44,694 nucleotides of DNA from a bacterium. GTDB lineage: Bacteria > Bdellovibrionota > UBA2428. Below are positions 9,847-20,520 of this stretch, piece after piece. Every line of letters starts with the position of its first letter. The first letter of the stretch is position 1. The position numbers were made by a program, and so were the translations under genes. The DNA lies in the NCBI GenBank assembly GCA_037137635.1, contig JBAXJW010000001.1, positions 1-44,694 of the forward strand, in the 5' to 3' direction. The notes below the pieces were generated by a model. That model did no database searches. It was not told where the DNA came from and worked only from the letters and a program-made list of their open reading frames with translations.

Positions 9847-9862
9847 TCTTTTTTAAATTTCC

Positions 9863-10417
9863 TTACCAGTCACGATCATCTTCGGAGTCGCTATCGCTAT
9901 CACTCTTTTTATCATCATCAGCCCATTCGTCGTCTTCGGTCCATTCATCTGAATCGTCGAAGTTTCCACGGTCGCCCTCCTCCTCATCTTCCGCTCCTTC
10001 AATCGCAGCTGGATCGCTTTTCCACCAAGCTGGAGGGCCATCCGTGTCTTTATCATCTTCAAACTCTTCGAGTTTTGTTCGTGCTTTTTCATCTTCTTCG
10101 AAGTCATCGACTTCGCTATCAGCCAACACATAGGAAGCAGCTAGCTCTTCTTTTGGAAGAATTTTAGAAAGAGCGACTGCGGGAGCTGCCTTTGTAAGAG
10201 GCTTCGCGGCTTTTTCACCTGATTTTTTAGTCTCGGTTGATTTTTCTGAGCTCTTTTTTGAGGGCTTCTCCTTCGATGCAGCTTTATTTACTTTTTTAGC
10301 CGCAATTTTTTTTGGAGCGCTCGTCTTTTGAGCTTTGGGTGCCTTAGGAACCTTTGAGGCTTCCTTTGGTGCTTTTTTAGTATTTTTACTTTTACTCGCC
10401 ATATGTCCTAAAAACAT
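9863..10417 (-). CDS. bipartite low-complexity protein with Lys/Ala/Pro-rich histone-H1-like N-terminus and Asp/Glu/Trp-rich acidic C-terminus
   Basis: 184 aa (179 aa if it starts at the second ATG at 10402, MASKSK, which has an AGGA 3 nt upstream). Residues ~6-85 are KKAPKEASKVPKAPKAQKTSAPKKIAAKK-type. Residues ~100-184 are strongly acidic with W residues (DEWTEDDEWADDD ... DRDW). The other-frame ORFs here are low-complexity artefacts. Confidence 0.55.
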   Translation of the reverse strand: MFLGHMASKSKNTKKAPKEASKVPKAPKAQKTSAPKKIAAKKVNKAASKEKPSKKSSEKSTETKKSGEKAAKPLTKAAPAVALSKILPKEELAASYVLADSEVDDFEEDEKARTKLEEFEDDKDTDGPPAWWKSDPAAIEGAEDEEEGDRGNFDDSDEWTEDDEWADDDKKSDSDSDSEDDRDW

Positions 10418-10430
10418 TTACAAAGGGCTA

Positions 10431-11066
10431 GTGGGACTTGTGTCAAGAACAGATTTAAAAATTCTTTACGAAGATCATAATTTATTAGTTATTTGTAAAC
10501 ATGCAGGTGTTCACAGTAACGAGCTTGAAATAGAACGCGGTGCGCAATTGTTTAAACCAGTTCATAGAATCGATTATGAAACACAAGGCCTTCTTCTATT
10601 TGCCACTGATAGCGCCTGGAAGACTTATAATGAATTATTTTTGGGTCACTCAATACAGAAGGTCTATCTTGCAGGCGCCCCTTACAAACAAAGCTGCGTT
10701 GGAAAAAAAGAAGGTTTTATAGCCTCTCGCTACCGGTCCTCAAAAAAAACCTCTTATGGAGAAGATTCTGAAAAGTTTCGTTCTTTTCATTCCGTACTCG
10801 AATCCAAGCACATTGTCCGTGAATCTCAAGAAAAGATAAACTTCACGGGCCATATATTTGAAGTCGATCTGATTTCAGGCCGAAGACATCAAATCAGAAG
10901 CTACTTCGCATCCCAAAAGTGTCCCTTAAGAGGCGATAAACTTTACGGAGATATTAGCCCTCAAAAAACACTTGAGCTTTTTAGTTGGAAATTAAACTTT
11001 ATAGATCCTCTTTCGAAAAAAGAAATATCTCTTCAAGCTCCAACTTCTTTATTTACCATTGAATAA
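10431..11066 (+). CDS. RluA-family pseudouridine synthase (catalytic domain only)
   Basis: Motifs HRIDYETQGLLLFA (catalytic Asp) and GRRHQIR. The track ORF starts at 10335 but would overlap the divergent gene by 83 nt. The in-frame GTG at 10431 (VGLVSRTDLKILYEDHNLLV) removes the overlap and fits where the catalytic domain begins. There is no S4 domain. Confidence 0.7.
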   Translation: MGLVSRTDLKILYEDHNLLVICKHAGVHSNELEIERGAQLFKPVHRIDYETQGLLLFATDSAWKTYNELFLGHSIQKVYLAGAPYKQSCVGKKEGFIASRYRSSKKTSYGEDSEKFRSFHSVLESKHIVRESQEKINFTGHIFEVDLISGRRHQIRSYFASQKCPLRGDKLYGDISPQKTLELFSWKLNFIDPLSKKEISLQAPTSLFTIE

Positions 11067-12442
11067 TTCTTGGCCCATAAATGATCCTTTAATTGCGCTA
11101 TGTTTTTGATTTTTAAAACTTGAGCTCCGACTGGAACTGAAATCTTTTTTGAATTTCCACTTTCAGACACAATTATTTTTTTAAAACCCATTCGAGAAGC
11201 TTCTTTCGCTCGAATATCTAAATGCTGAACGGACCGAATTCCTCCTGTAAGACTCACTTCTCCTAAAAGCAAGACGTCCTCAGGAATACTTTTATCCAAA
11301 CGAGCAGAAGCCAATGCTGCTGCAATTGCTAAATCAGCCGCCGCCTCTTCAATCCGGGCTCCTGCTGCAACTTTCACATAAACATCGTAATTAGAAAAAT
11401 CTATTCCATATTTTTCAAGAACCGCTAACAAAAGGGCTACGCGATTTTGATCTATGCCTTGAAATGTTCTTCTAGGAAAGCCTTGAAAACATCTTTGTAC
11501 AAGCGCTTGAATTTCAACAAGAAAACACCTTGTCCCATCGACAAGAGCAGCCACAGATGTGCCTGAAACTCCTGTTTGTCGCTCAGACAAAAACTGCTCA
11601 GATGGATTTAAAACTTCGACCAATCCGTCTTCTGACATTTCAAAAACAGCTGATTCGTTTGCAGAACCAAAGCGATTTTTCTGCGTTCGTAAAATTCTCA
11701 AAGCCCCCTCATGCAAACTTTCAAAATAAAAAACGGCATCCACCATGTGCTCTAAAAGTTTAGGCCCTGCGAGAGATCCATCTTTTGTGACATGTCCCAC
11801 CATCACAACAATACATTTTCTTGATTTTGCAATTTCTAAAAACTTCTGTGTGATCTCTCGTATCTGGCTAATCGTTCCCGCACTTGATTCAAGAGTAGAG
11901 GTTGCTAGCGTCTGCACACTATCTACCACAATAAAATCAGGTTCGTAATTTTGAATAAGTGATTCAGCTTCCTCAATATTATTTGTCGAAAGAAATTGAA
12001 TACTGCCTAGATCAAGACCCAATCTTTTTGCACGATCGGCAACTTGAAGACCCGACTCTTCTCCGCTCACGATAAGACATTTGTAACTTTTGCTTAACTT
12101 ACCCACAATTTGCAAAAGAAGAGTTGACTTACCAATCCCCGGAATTCCTCCCACAAGCAAAAGAGAGTTCCACAAAAAACCGCCGCCCAAAACGCGATCA
12201 ACTTCTGGAAAAAAAGAAGAAACTCTTTTTGAGAAATTTTCATGCGTAAAAGTATTCAAGCTCTGAATACTTGGAACCTCGCCTGAATTCATCTTTGATG
12301 AAGATTTAGAATTTTTAGGGAGTTTAGCTTCTTTAAATTCAACAAGTGAATTCCAAGCTCCACACTCAAAACACTTACCACTCCACTGAGCGGATTCCCC
12401 ACCACACTCTTGGCAAACAAAATGGGTTTTTAATTTCGCCAT
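11033..12442 (-). CDS. radA: DNA repair protein RadA/Sms
   Basis: 469 aa with an N-terminal zinc finger CQECG-x9-CFECGAWN, Walker A GIPGIGKST, the RadA-specific KNRFG motif and a Lon-like C-terminal domain. Confidence 0.93.
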   Translation of the reverse strand: MAKLKTHFVCQECGGESAQWSGKCFECGAWNSLVEFKEAKLPKNSKSSSKMNSGEVPSIQSLNTFTHENFSKRVSSFFPEVDRVLGGGFLWNSLLLVGGIPGIGKSTLLLQIVGKLSKSYKCLIVSGEESGLQVADRAKRLGLDLGSIQFLSTNNIEEAESLIQNYEPDFIVVDSVQTLATSTLESSAGTISQIREITQKFLEIAKSRKCIVVMVGHVTKDGSLAGPKLLEHMVDAVFYFESLHEGALRILRTQKNRFGSANESAVFEMSEDGLVEVLNPSEQFLSERQTGVSGTSVAALVDGTRCFLVEIQALVQRCFQGFPRRTFQGIDQNRVALLLAVLEKYGIDFSNYDVYVKVAAGARIEEAAADLAIAAALASARLDKSIPEDVLLLGEVSLTGGIRSVQHLDIRAKEASRMGFKKIIVSESGNSKKISVPVGAQVLKIKNIAQLKDHLWAKNYSMVNKEVGA

Positions 12443-12500
12443 ATAGCTATGTCATAGCTAATAGCGGGCCAATTGGAATGATAAATATAAAAAAACAGTT

Positions 12501-12902
12501 TTAATTAACAGACTTTAACGCATTTACACGGCTCATAGCGCGCTGAAGTTTAAGCTCATATTTTCTAAACTCTTCATCGCTCATTCCGCCTTCAGTTACT
12601 TTTTTAAAGGCCTTAGTCTCAGCCGCTTTTGCTCTTTGCTCATCAATTTCAGTTGCAAGTTCACTTACGTCAGCAAGAACTGAAATTTTATTATCAAAAA
12701 TTTCAAGCCATCCATAAGAAATGGCCGCTGCACCCCAAGCGCCATCCATCTTCCAACGAATCACGCCTGTTTTTAATTCAGTAATAAAATTAGAGTGCTC
12801 GGGTAAAATTTCAATTTGTCCTTCTACGCCGGGCGCAAAGACATCACTAACTTCTTGTTCAACAAGTATCTTTTTGCTGGGAGTAAGAATTGATAATTTC
12901 AT
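12501..12902 (-). CDS. atpC: F0F1 ATP synthase subunit epsilon
   Basis: 133 aa with a typical epsilon N-terminal beta-sandwich sequence and a C-terminal helical hairpin. It is the last gene after atpD. Confidence 0.9.
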   Translation of the reverse strand: MKLSILTPSKKILVEQEVSDVFAPGVEGQIEILPEHSNFITELKTGVIRWKMDGAWGAAAISYGWLEIFDNKISVLADVSELATEIDEQRAKAAETKAFKKVTEGGMSDEEFRKYELKLQRAMSRVNALKSVN

Positions 12903-12916
12903 TTTTTATCCTGTAA

Positions 12917-15279
<2,363 letters not shown>

Positions 15280-15288
15280 ATTCTCTCC

Positions 15289-16800
15289 CTAGTTTGCAAA
15301 TTGTTTTGTGAATGTTTCCAAAACACTCTTCAGTTGAGGTTCTGTTTTATCGTCAATGGCCTGGCTTTGGCTAAGAGCCTTCATCAAGTCTCCACCTCGG
15401 CTATCGAGGTATGCAGAGAGTTGTTCTTCATAATCACGAACGCGATTTGTTGGAACATTATCAAGATATCCCTTTGTCACCGCGTAAATAAGAACAACTT
15501 GTTTATCGACGCTTAAGGGAACGTATTGACCTTGTTTCAATATTTCTTGAAGACGAAGTCCTCTATTTAATTGTTTTTGAGTTGTAGGATCTAAGTCAGA
15601 ACCAAACGCTGCAAAAGCTGCCAGTTCTCTAAACTGAGCCAATTCCAAACGAAGAGGTCCCGCTACTTTTTTCATCGCTTTAATTTGTGCATTGCCACCA
15701 ACGCGAGAAACTGAAAGTCCTGCGTTCACTGCTGGGCGTATACCTGCGTAAAATAAATCACTTTCTAAGAAGATCTGTCCGTCAGTAATCGAAATAACGT
15801 TCGTAGGAATGTATGCAGAAACGTCGCCTGCTTGAGTTTCGATAATCGGAAGAGCTGTCAAAGAGCCTCCACCCATTTCTTTACTCATCTTAGCAGCACG
15901 CTCTAACAAACGTGAGTGAATATAGAACACGTCTCCAGGAAAAGCTTCGCGGCCTGGAGGGCGTCGGAGAAGCAACGAAAGCTGTCGATAAGCTTGAGCC
16001 TGTTTTGTTAAGTCGTCGAAAACAATGAGGGCATGCCTACCATTATCGCGATACCACTCTCCAATAGTAGCACCCGTGTAAGGAGCGATAAATTGAAGAG
16101 GTGCAGTTTCTGATGCTGTCGCCATAACAATAGTTGTATATTCCATGGCACCATGAGAACGAAGTTTCTCAACTACTTGAGCAACTGTTGATTGTTTTTG
16201 TCCAATCGCAACGTAAACACAAAAAACGCCTTTGCCTTTTTGATTGATAATTGTGTCGATTGCAACAGCTGTCTTTCCAGTTTGACGATCGCCAATGATC
16301 AACTCACGTTGACCACGACCAATAGGAATAAGAGCGTCGATAATTTTTAATCCAGTTTGAAGAGGCTCTGTAACAGGTTGTCTTTTAACGATACCGGGAG
16401 CCTTTGTTTCAACAACTCTCGATTCTTTACTTATTATAGGACCCTTTCCATCTACTGGAATTCCAAGAGCATTCACAACACGACCAGCGAGCTCTTCACC
16501 TACTGGAACTTGTAAAATCTTTCCTGTGCGCTTAACAGTATCGCCTTCTTTGAGTCCTGTATCACGACCAAAAATCGCAACGCCCACGTTTCCTTCTTCA
16601 AGGTTAAGAGCAACACCGTAAACATTTCCTGGAAGCTCAATCATCTCTCCAGCCATACATTTATCGAGACCATGAACGCGAGCGACACCGTCTCCAATCG
16701 AAATAATGGTTCCAGTTTCATTCACTTCAAGTTTTGTATCGAAGTCTTTGATTTGCTTTTTGATAATCGAACTAATTTCTTCGGCGCGTAATTGCTCCAT
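15289..16800 (-). CDS. atpA: F0F1 ATP synthase subunit alpha
   Basis: 503 aa with P-loop [11 protein letters not shown] and full-length similarity to the alpha-subunit pattern. Confidence 0.97.
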   Translation of the reverse strand: MEQLRAEEISSIIKKQIKDFDTKLEVNETGTIISIGDGVARVHGLDKCMAGEMIELPGNVYGVALNLEEGNVGVAIFGRDTGLKEGDTVKRTGKILQVPVGEELAGRVVNALGIPVDGKGPIISKESRVVETKAPGIVKRQPVTEPLQTGLKIIDALIPIGRGQRELIIGDRQTGKTAVAIDTIINQKGKGVFCVYVAIGQKQSTVAQVVEKLRSHGAMEYTTIVMATASETAPLQFIAPYTGATIGEWYRDNGRHALIVFDDLTKQAQAYRQLSLLLRRPPGREAFPGDVFYIHSRLLERAAKMSKEMGGGSLTALPIIETQAGDVSAYIPTNVISITDGQIFLESDLFYAGIRPAVNAGLSVSRVGGNAQIKAMKKVAGPLRLELAQFRELAAFAAFGSDLDPTTQKQLNRGLRLQEILKQGQYVPLSVDKQVVLIYAVTKGYLDNVPTNRVRDYEEQLSAYLDSRGGDLMKALSQSQAIDDKTEPQLKSVLETFTKQFAN

Positions 16801-16843
16801 TGAATTTCCTTCTCCTTAACTTTCACCAAGCATCTGACTCATG

Positions 16844-17401
16844 TCAGTTGCCTGTTCTTTCTTCCATAAATTTGTTTTGCATCTGGAACAAAACGCCCGT
16901 CAATGTTGAGTCGATTGTTCTTCCTAAAAAATGCACTCTAATTCCCGCCACAAGTTCGGGAACAATATCTACTGATGACAGGAACTTAGTTGAAAACTCT
17001 TTCTCTAAACTTGAAATAATTTTTTTTTGTTGAGCTTCAGTCATAGGAAGTGCCGTTTCAATTTTGACAGACGCCACTCCTTCTTGAGTCATAATTTTTT
17101 CTCTATAGGACTCTAGGATAGAACCCAAAATATTGATTCTGTCGCTCTCAAGCAAAAGCAACAAGAAGTTTTGTAATTCTTGAGAAAAAGAAACTTTGTT
17201 AAAAATTTCTTTCAAGATTTTTTTCTTGTCATCATTAGAAAAAGCCGGGTTTGAAAAAAGCTTTTGTAAATCTTCACTTGAAAGAAAAATTTCAACAAAC
17301 CTCTCCAAAGACGTCAAAGTTTTTTTTGCTTCCTCAACCGTCAAAGAAGACCAAAGAGCTCCTGCATATCTTTTGGCAACAAGTTCAGCAGACGTACTCA
17401 T
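16844..17401 (-). CDS. atpH: F0F1 ATP synthase subunit delta (OSCP)
   Basis: 185 aa with N-terminal VAKRYAGALW, as in delta subunits. It lies between atpF and atpA, with a 4-nt overlap with atpF. Confidence 0.8.
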   Translation of the reverse strand: MSTSAELVAKRYAGALWSSLTVEEAKKTLTSLERFVEIFLSSEDLQKLFSNPAFSNDDKKKILKEIFNKVSFSQELQNFLLLLLESDRINILGSILESYREKIMTQEGVASVKIETALPMTEAQQKKIISSLEKEFSTKFLSSVDIVPELVAGIRVHFLGRTIDSTLTGVLFQMQNKFMEERTGN

Positions 17402-17928
17402 ACTCGAACACCTCTAGAAGAGTTTTCAGTTTTAGTTATAAAACCTTCGATTAATTTTTCGTGTAATTTTTGACGAGAAATTTCGTTTGAAAATTCTGAA
17501 CGAATTTTTTCAAAAACATTTTCTAAAAGTTCTTGTTTATATTTTTTGCGCATCTCCGCGAATTCAGAAGTCACTGCATTACTACTGTCTTCTCGAATTC
17601 TCTTGGCACTCATTTGTGCTTCGTCAATTAATTTACGTGCCAACAATTTACCCTCTTCTTCGACGTTTCGAATAAGAGCTTCTTTTTCTGTTTCAATGTT
17701 CTTAAGGCTTAAGCGAGCATTTTCAATCTCTTGAGAAATTTTCTTCAACTCTTCTCTTGCAAGAACCAAACTTTCTTTAGTTTTTTGACTTCTTGTTTTG
17801 AAAAGGACAGGAATAGATTTTCTTCCCAAAACAAAAATCGCCAAAACAACGATTCCGATATTCATCAAAGCATATAACTCATGCATACCAGGGGACTGTG
17901 CAACGTGATGCGCTTCCATGCTAATCAA
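17398..17928 (-). CDS. atpF: F0F1 ATP synthase subunit b
   Basis: 176 aa with one N-terminal TM helix followed by a long charged coiled-coil. Operon position supports the call. Confidence 0.75.
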   Translation of the reverse strand: MISMEAHHVAQSPGMHELYALMNIGIVVLAIFVLGRKSIPVLFKTRSQKTKESLVLAREELKKISQEIENARLSLKNIETEKEALIRNVEEEGKLLARKLIDEAQMSAKRIREDSSNAVTSEFAEMRKKYKQELLENVFEKIRSEFSNEISRQKLHEKLIEGFITKTENSSRGVRV

Positions 17929-18407
17929 AATTCCTTTTCTAAAGTTATTTTTTTGGCAGAGCTAGATCCCAAAAGTTTTTCTAAAATTTCTTCTTTGAGC
18001 TCGACACTTAAACGATCAAGTTTTTGTTTTTCATCAGTCAGCATTTTCTCAACTTTTTCCCGAGCTGCTTTGACTTGATTTGCAAAATCCTCTCGAGCTT
18101 CTGTCAAAATTTTTCTCTGCTCAGAACTCGCTTGAACTTTGAGACTTTCGAATTTTGAACTTGCTTCTTGTTGAGCGCGTCGTCTTTTTGACGATAGGTT
18201 TTCCTGAATCTCTAAAAGCTCTGATCGAATTTTTGTAACTTGTTTTTGACGACCTGCAATTCGCTTATCTCTTTCAACTAAGAGACTGGCAACAGGTCCA
18301 GTCAAAAGAAAAGATACAAGTAAATATGTGGTCGCAAAAAGACCAAACATTACAAAAAAACTTTGATTAACACCCAACTGCGAAAGGAGTGCAAGTAGTT
18401 GTCCCAT
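17925..18407 (-). CDS. F0F1 ATP synthase subunit b'
   Basis: 160 aa. This is a second b-type subunit (N-terminal TM helix plus a charged helix) directly upstream of atpF, overlapping it by 4 nt. Confidence 0.7.
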   Translation of the reverse strand: MGQLLALLSQLGVNQSFFVMFGLFATTYLLVSFLLTGPVASLLVERDKRIAGRQKQVTKIRSELLEIQENLSSKRRRAQQEASSKFESLKVQASSEQRKILTEAREDFANQVKAAREKVEKMLTDEKQKLDRLSVELKEEILEKLLGSSSAKKITLEKEF

Positions 18408-18489
18408 CTTGAGACTCTTTTGAACTCCGTAGGGGCATTTTGGTCAAGCTTTAAATCTAAAATTCCAAACAATTACGCTCTTAAAGACA

Positions 18490-19572
18490 CTATTTCGTGA
18501 CGCTTCTGAGTTGATGTAAAAGCCTATGAAGTGAGTCGTCATTGGAATAAAACAACTCAATCATTCCGCCTTTCACATTTCCTCTAATCACAACTTTGGT
18601 GCCAAAGATTCCACGCAACTCTTCTTCAGCGGCGAGATGCTCCGGGCTTTTTTGAAAACTTTCACTTTGAACAGGTGAAGCACTTTGTGGAGCTGAGTTA
18701 ATCTTAACGGGCGAGGTTTGAATCAAAGTTCCTTGAATTTTTTCTCTGACCTTTAGCTCGATATCTCGAACGCTCATGTTTGAAGCGCTTGCTTCGTTAG
18801 CTAAAAAAATAATGTCTGCTTCTTTTTCAAGAGTTAGGAGCGGACGAGCATGCCCCTCAGTCAATTTTCCTTGAATTATCAAATTTTTAACGACGCTTGG
18901 CAATTTTTGTAGACGAATTGTATTGGCAATAGAAGCTCTTGAGACACCAAGTTTCTTCGCCAATTCTTCTTGAGTAAAGTTATATGCTTTTAGAATTTTT
19001 GAATATGCATCCGCTAACTCAACAGCATTTAGATCAACTCTTTGGATGTTCTCGATTACGCTCGCTAAATCAGCTTTCTCAACATTTTCATCTTGCTCAC
19101 GTATGATCGCAGGGATTTCGGCCATTCCGAGCATTTTGCAGGCTCTCCATCTACGCTCTCCTGCAACAATTTGATAACTTTGATCAGGCATCATGCGAAC
19201 TATGATTGGCTGAATTAACCCTTGTTCGCATATACTTTCTGCTAATTCTGCTAATTGAGAATCGGCGAAGTACTGTCTAGGCTGCTCTGCGTTAGCGTGA
19301 ATTTGCTCGGTTGGAATTCTCTTAATTTTATACTCTTTATCTTGTGCTTCTGTAACAATAGTTTCTTTAACGGGCTCTTGAACAATTTTTTCTTGAATAG
19401 AACTAACCGTTACTTTAGCCGTTACCCCTTCAACCAATGAGGAAGACTGAACGGTAGTACTTACATAAGGAAGTTCTTCATCTCCACCTAGCAAGGCTGC
19501 CAATCCTCTTCCTAAACCTTTTTTTTCAATTTTATTGATGGCAATTGATGTTTTTGAAATTTCTTTTTCCAT
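18490..19572 (-). CDS. parB: chromosome partitioning protein ParB (Spo0J)
   Basis: 360 aa with the N-terminal ParA-interaction motif GLGRGLAALL, the CTP-binding box GERRWRA and the HTH TQEELAKKLGVSRASIANTIRL. The start overlaps the parA stop (TAATG). Confidence 0.9.
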   Translation of the reverse strand: MEKEISKTSIAINKIEKKGLGRGLAALLGGDEELPYVSTTVQSSSLVEGVTAKVTVSSIQEKIVQEPVKETIVTEAQDKEYKIKRIPTEQIHANAEQPRQYFADSQLAELAESICEQGLIQPIIVRMMPDQSYQIVAGERRWRACKMLGMAEIPAIIREQDENVEKADLASVIENIQRVDLNAVELADAYSKILKAYNFTQEELAKKLGVSRASIANTIRLQKLPSVVKNLIIQGKLTEGHARPLLTLEKEADIIFLANEASASNMSVRDIELKVREKIQGTLIQTSPVKINSAPQSASPVQSESFQKSPEHLAAEEELRGIFGTKVVIRGNVKGGMIELFYSNDDSLHRLLHQLRSVTK

Positions 19573-20468
19573 TAGTTTGGACTCCCTGAAAATGGCTCAA
19601 GTGGTGGAATGGGGGGTAGTTCAACAGTTTTTGCGATTTGAGAAAATCGATCCATTGGATCTGGTGGTAAAAAAGGCTGCTCCGCTTCTAAAGGAAACTC
19701 TTCACCTGTATGCCTAAATATTACTTCTCTTGCGACATTCATATAAGCTCTTGAACCAAGACAAGCTGGATCATAAACAACTCCTGGAATTCCATGAGAA
19801 GTACTTTCTGAAAGCCTAATCCTACGAGGAACTAATGTTTTAAAGAGTTTTTCTCCCACAAAACTCTTTACCTCTCCCATAACTTGCTTAGAAAGGTTTG
19901 ATCTTGAATCAAACATAGTGAGCAAGATCCCTTCTAAATCTAAAGTGGTATTTAAATGTTTTTTTACAATATTTGCAGTTTTCATAATGCTTGTGAGTCC
20001 TTGCATTGAAAAGAACTCCGCTTGCATAGGAATTAAATAAGAATCACTCGCAGATAAAGCATTAACAGTAAGGAGCCCCAATGAAGGCGGGCAATCTATG
20101 AGCAAATAATCGAAATCCTCTAGCCCTTCAGAAATTGACTCTTTGAGTCTAAACTCTCTTCCAACAACACTTACGAGCTCAACTTCCGCTCCAGCGAGGT
20201 TAGAGTCAGTGCCTACGCAAAAAAGCTTATCCAAATTCGTAGAAATGATGTTTTTGGCTAATCTGCCCTCCTCACTTAGAGCAGAATAGGTGTTTTTTTG
20301 CTTAACCTGGTCAGGCGGAAGATTAAGCCCTGCAGTCATGTTCCCTTGTGGATCAAGATCCAATATAAGAGTTTTTTTATTGAGCAAAGCAAGCGAAGCG
20401 CCCAGATTAATAACAGAGGTGGTTTTCCCAACCCCTCCCTTTTGATTTATGACTGAAATCACCTTCAT
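19572..20468 (-). CDS. parA: chromosome partitioning ATPase ParA (Soj)
   Basis: 298 aa with the deviant Walker A KGGVGKTT and an extra ~45 aa Pro-rich C-terminal extension. Confidence 0.9.
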   Translation of the reverse strand: MKVISVINQKGGVGKTTSVINLGASLALLNKKTLILDLDPQGNMTAGLNLPPDQVKQKNTYSALSEEGRLAKNIISTNLDKLFCVGTDSNLAGAEVELVSVVGREFRLKESISEGLEDFDYLLIDCPPSLGLLTVNALSASDSYLIPMQAEFFSMQGLTSIMKTANIVKKHLNTTLDLEGILLTMFDSRSNLSKQVMGEVKSFVGEKLFKTLVPRRIRLSESTSHGIPGVVYDPACLGSRAYMNVAREVIFRHTGEEFPLEAEQPFLPPDPMDRFSQIAKTVELPPIPPLEPFSGSPN

Positions 20469-20520
20469 GAGTGTTACTATAGAACAAATTTCACGAAGGG
20501 AAATAGATACAAGGCTTTTT

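Noticed and set aside
9837-10133. Ser-rich 98-aa plus-strand ORF and a 92-aa alternative-frame minus ORF (9853-10131) overlapping the acidic tail gene.
   Set aside because: They are products of the GA/TC-rich low-complexity DNA that encodes the D/E tail. The long frame with the continuous basic-then-acidic protein and a plausible start is preferred.
10335-10430. Upstream ATG extension of the RluA-like ORF (MGALGTFEASFGAFLVF...).
   Set aside because: It would overlap the divergent gene by 83 nt and adds a hydrophobic peptide unrelated to pseudouridine synthases. The in-frame GTG at 10431 is more plausible.
12443-12462. Duplicated palindrome ATAGCTAT-gtc-ATAGCTA between the atpC stop and the radA start, considered as the atp operon terminator.
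   Set aside because: The stem is short and AT-rich (7 bp), and no U-tract follows on the transcribed strand. It may be an operator or nothing, and cannot be called a terminator.
18408-18489. TTGACC-N17-TTCAAA upstream of atpF', considered as the atp promoter.
   Set aside because: The -10 hexamer matches only 3 of 6 positions and would leave an ~11-nt leader without an SD. This is too weak to annotate.
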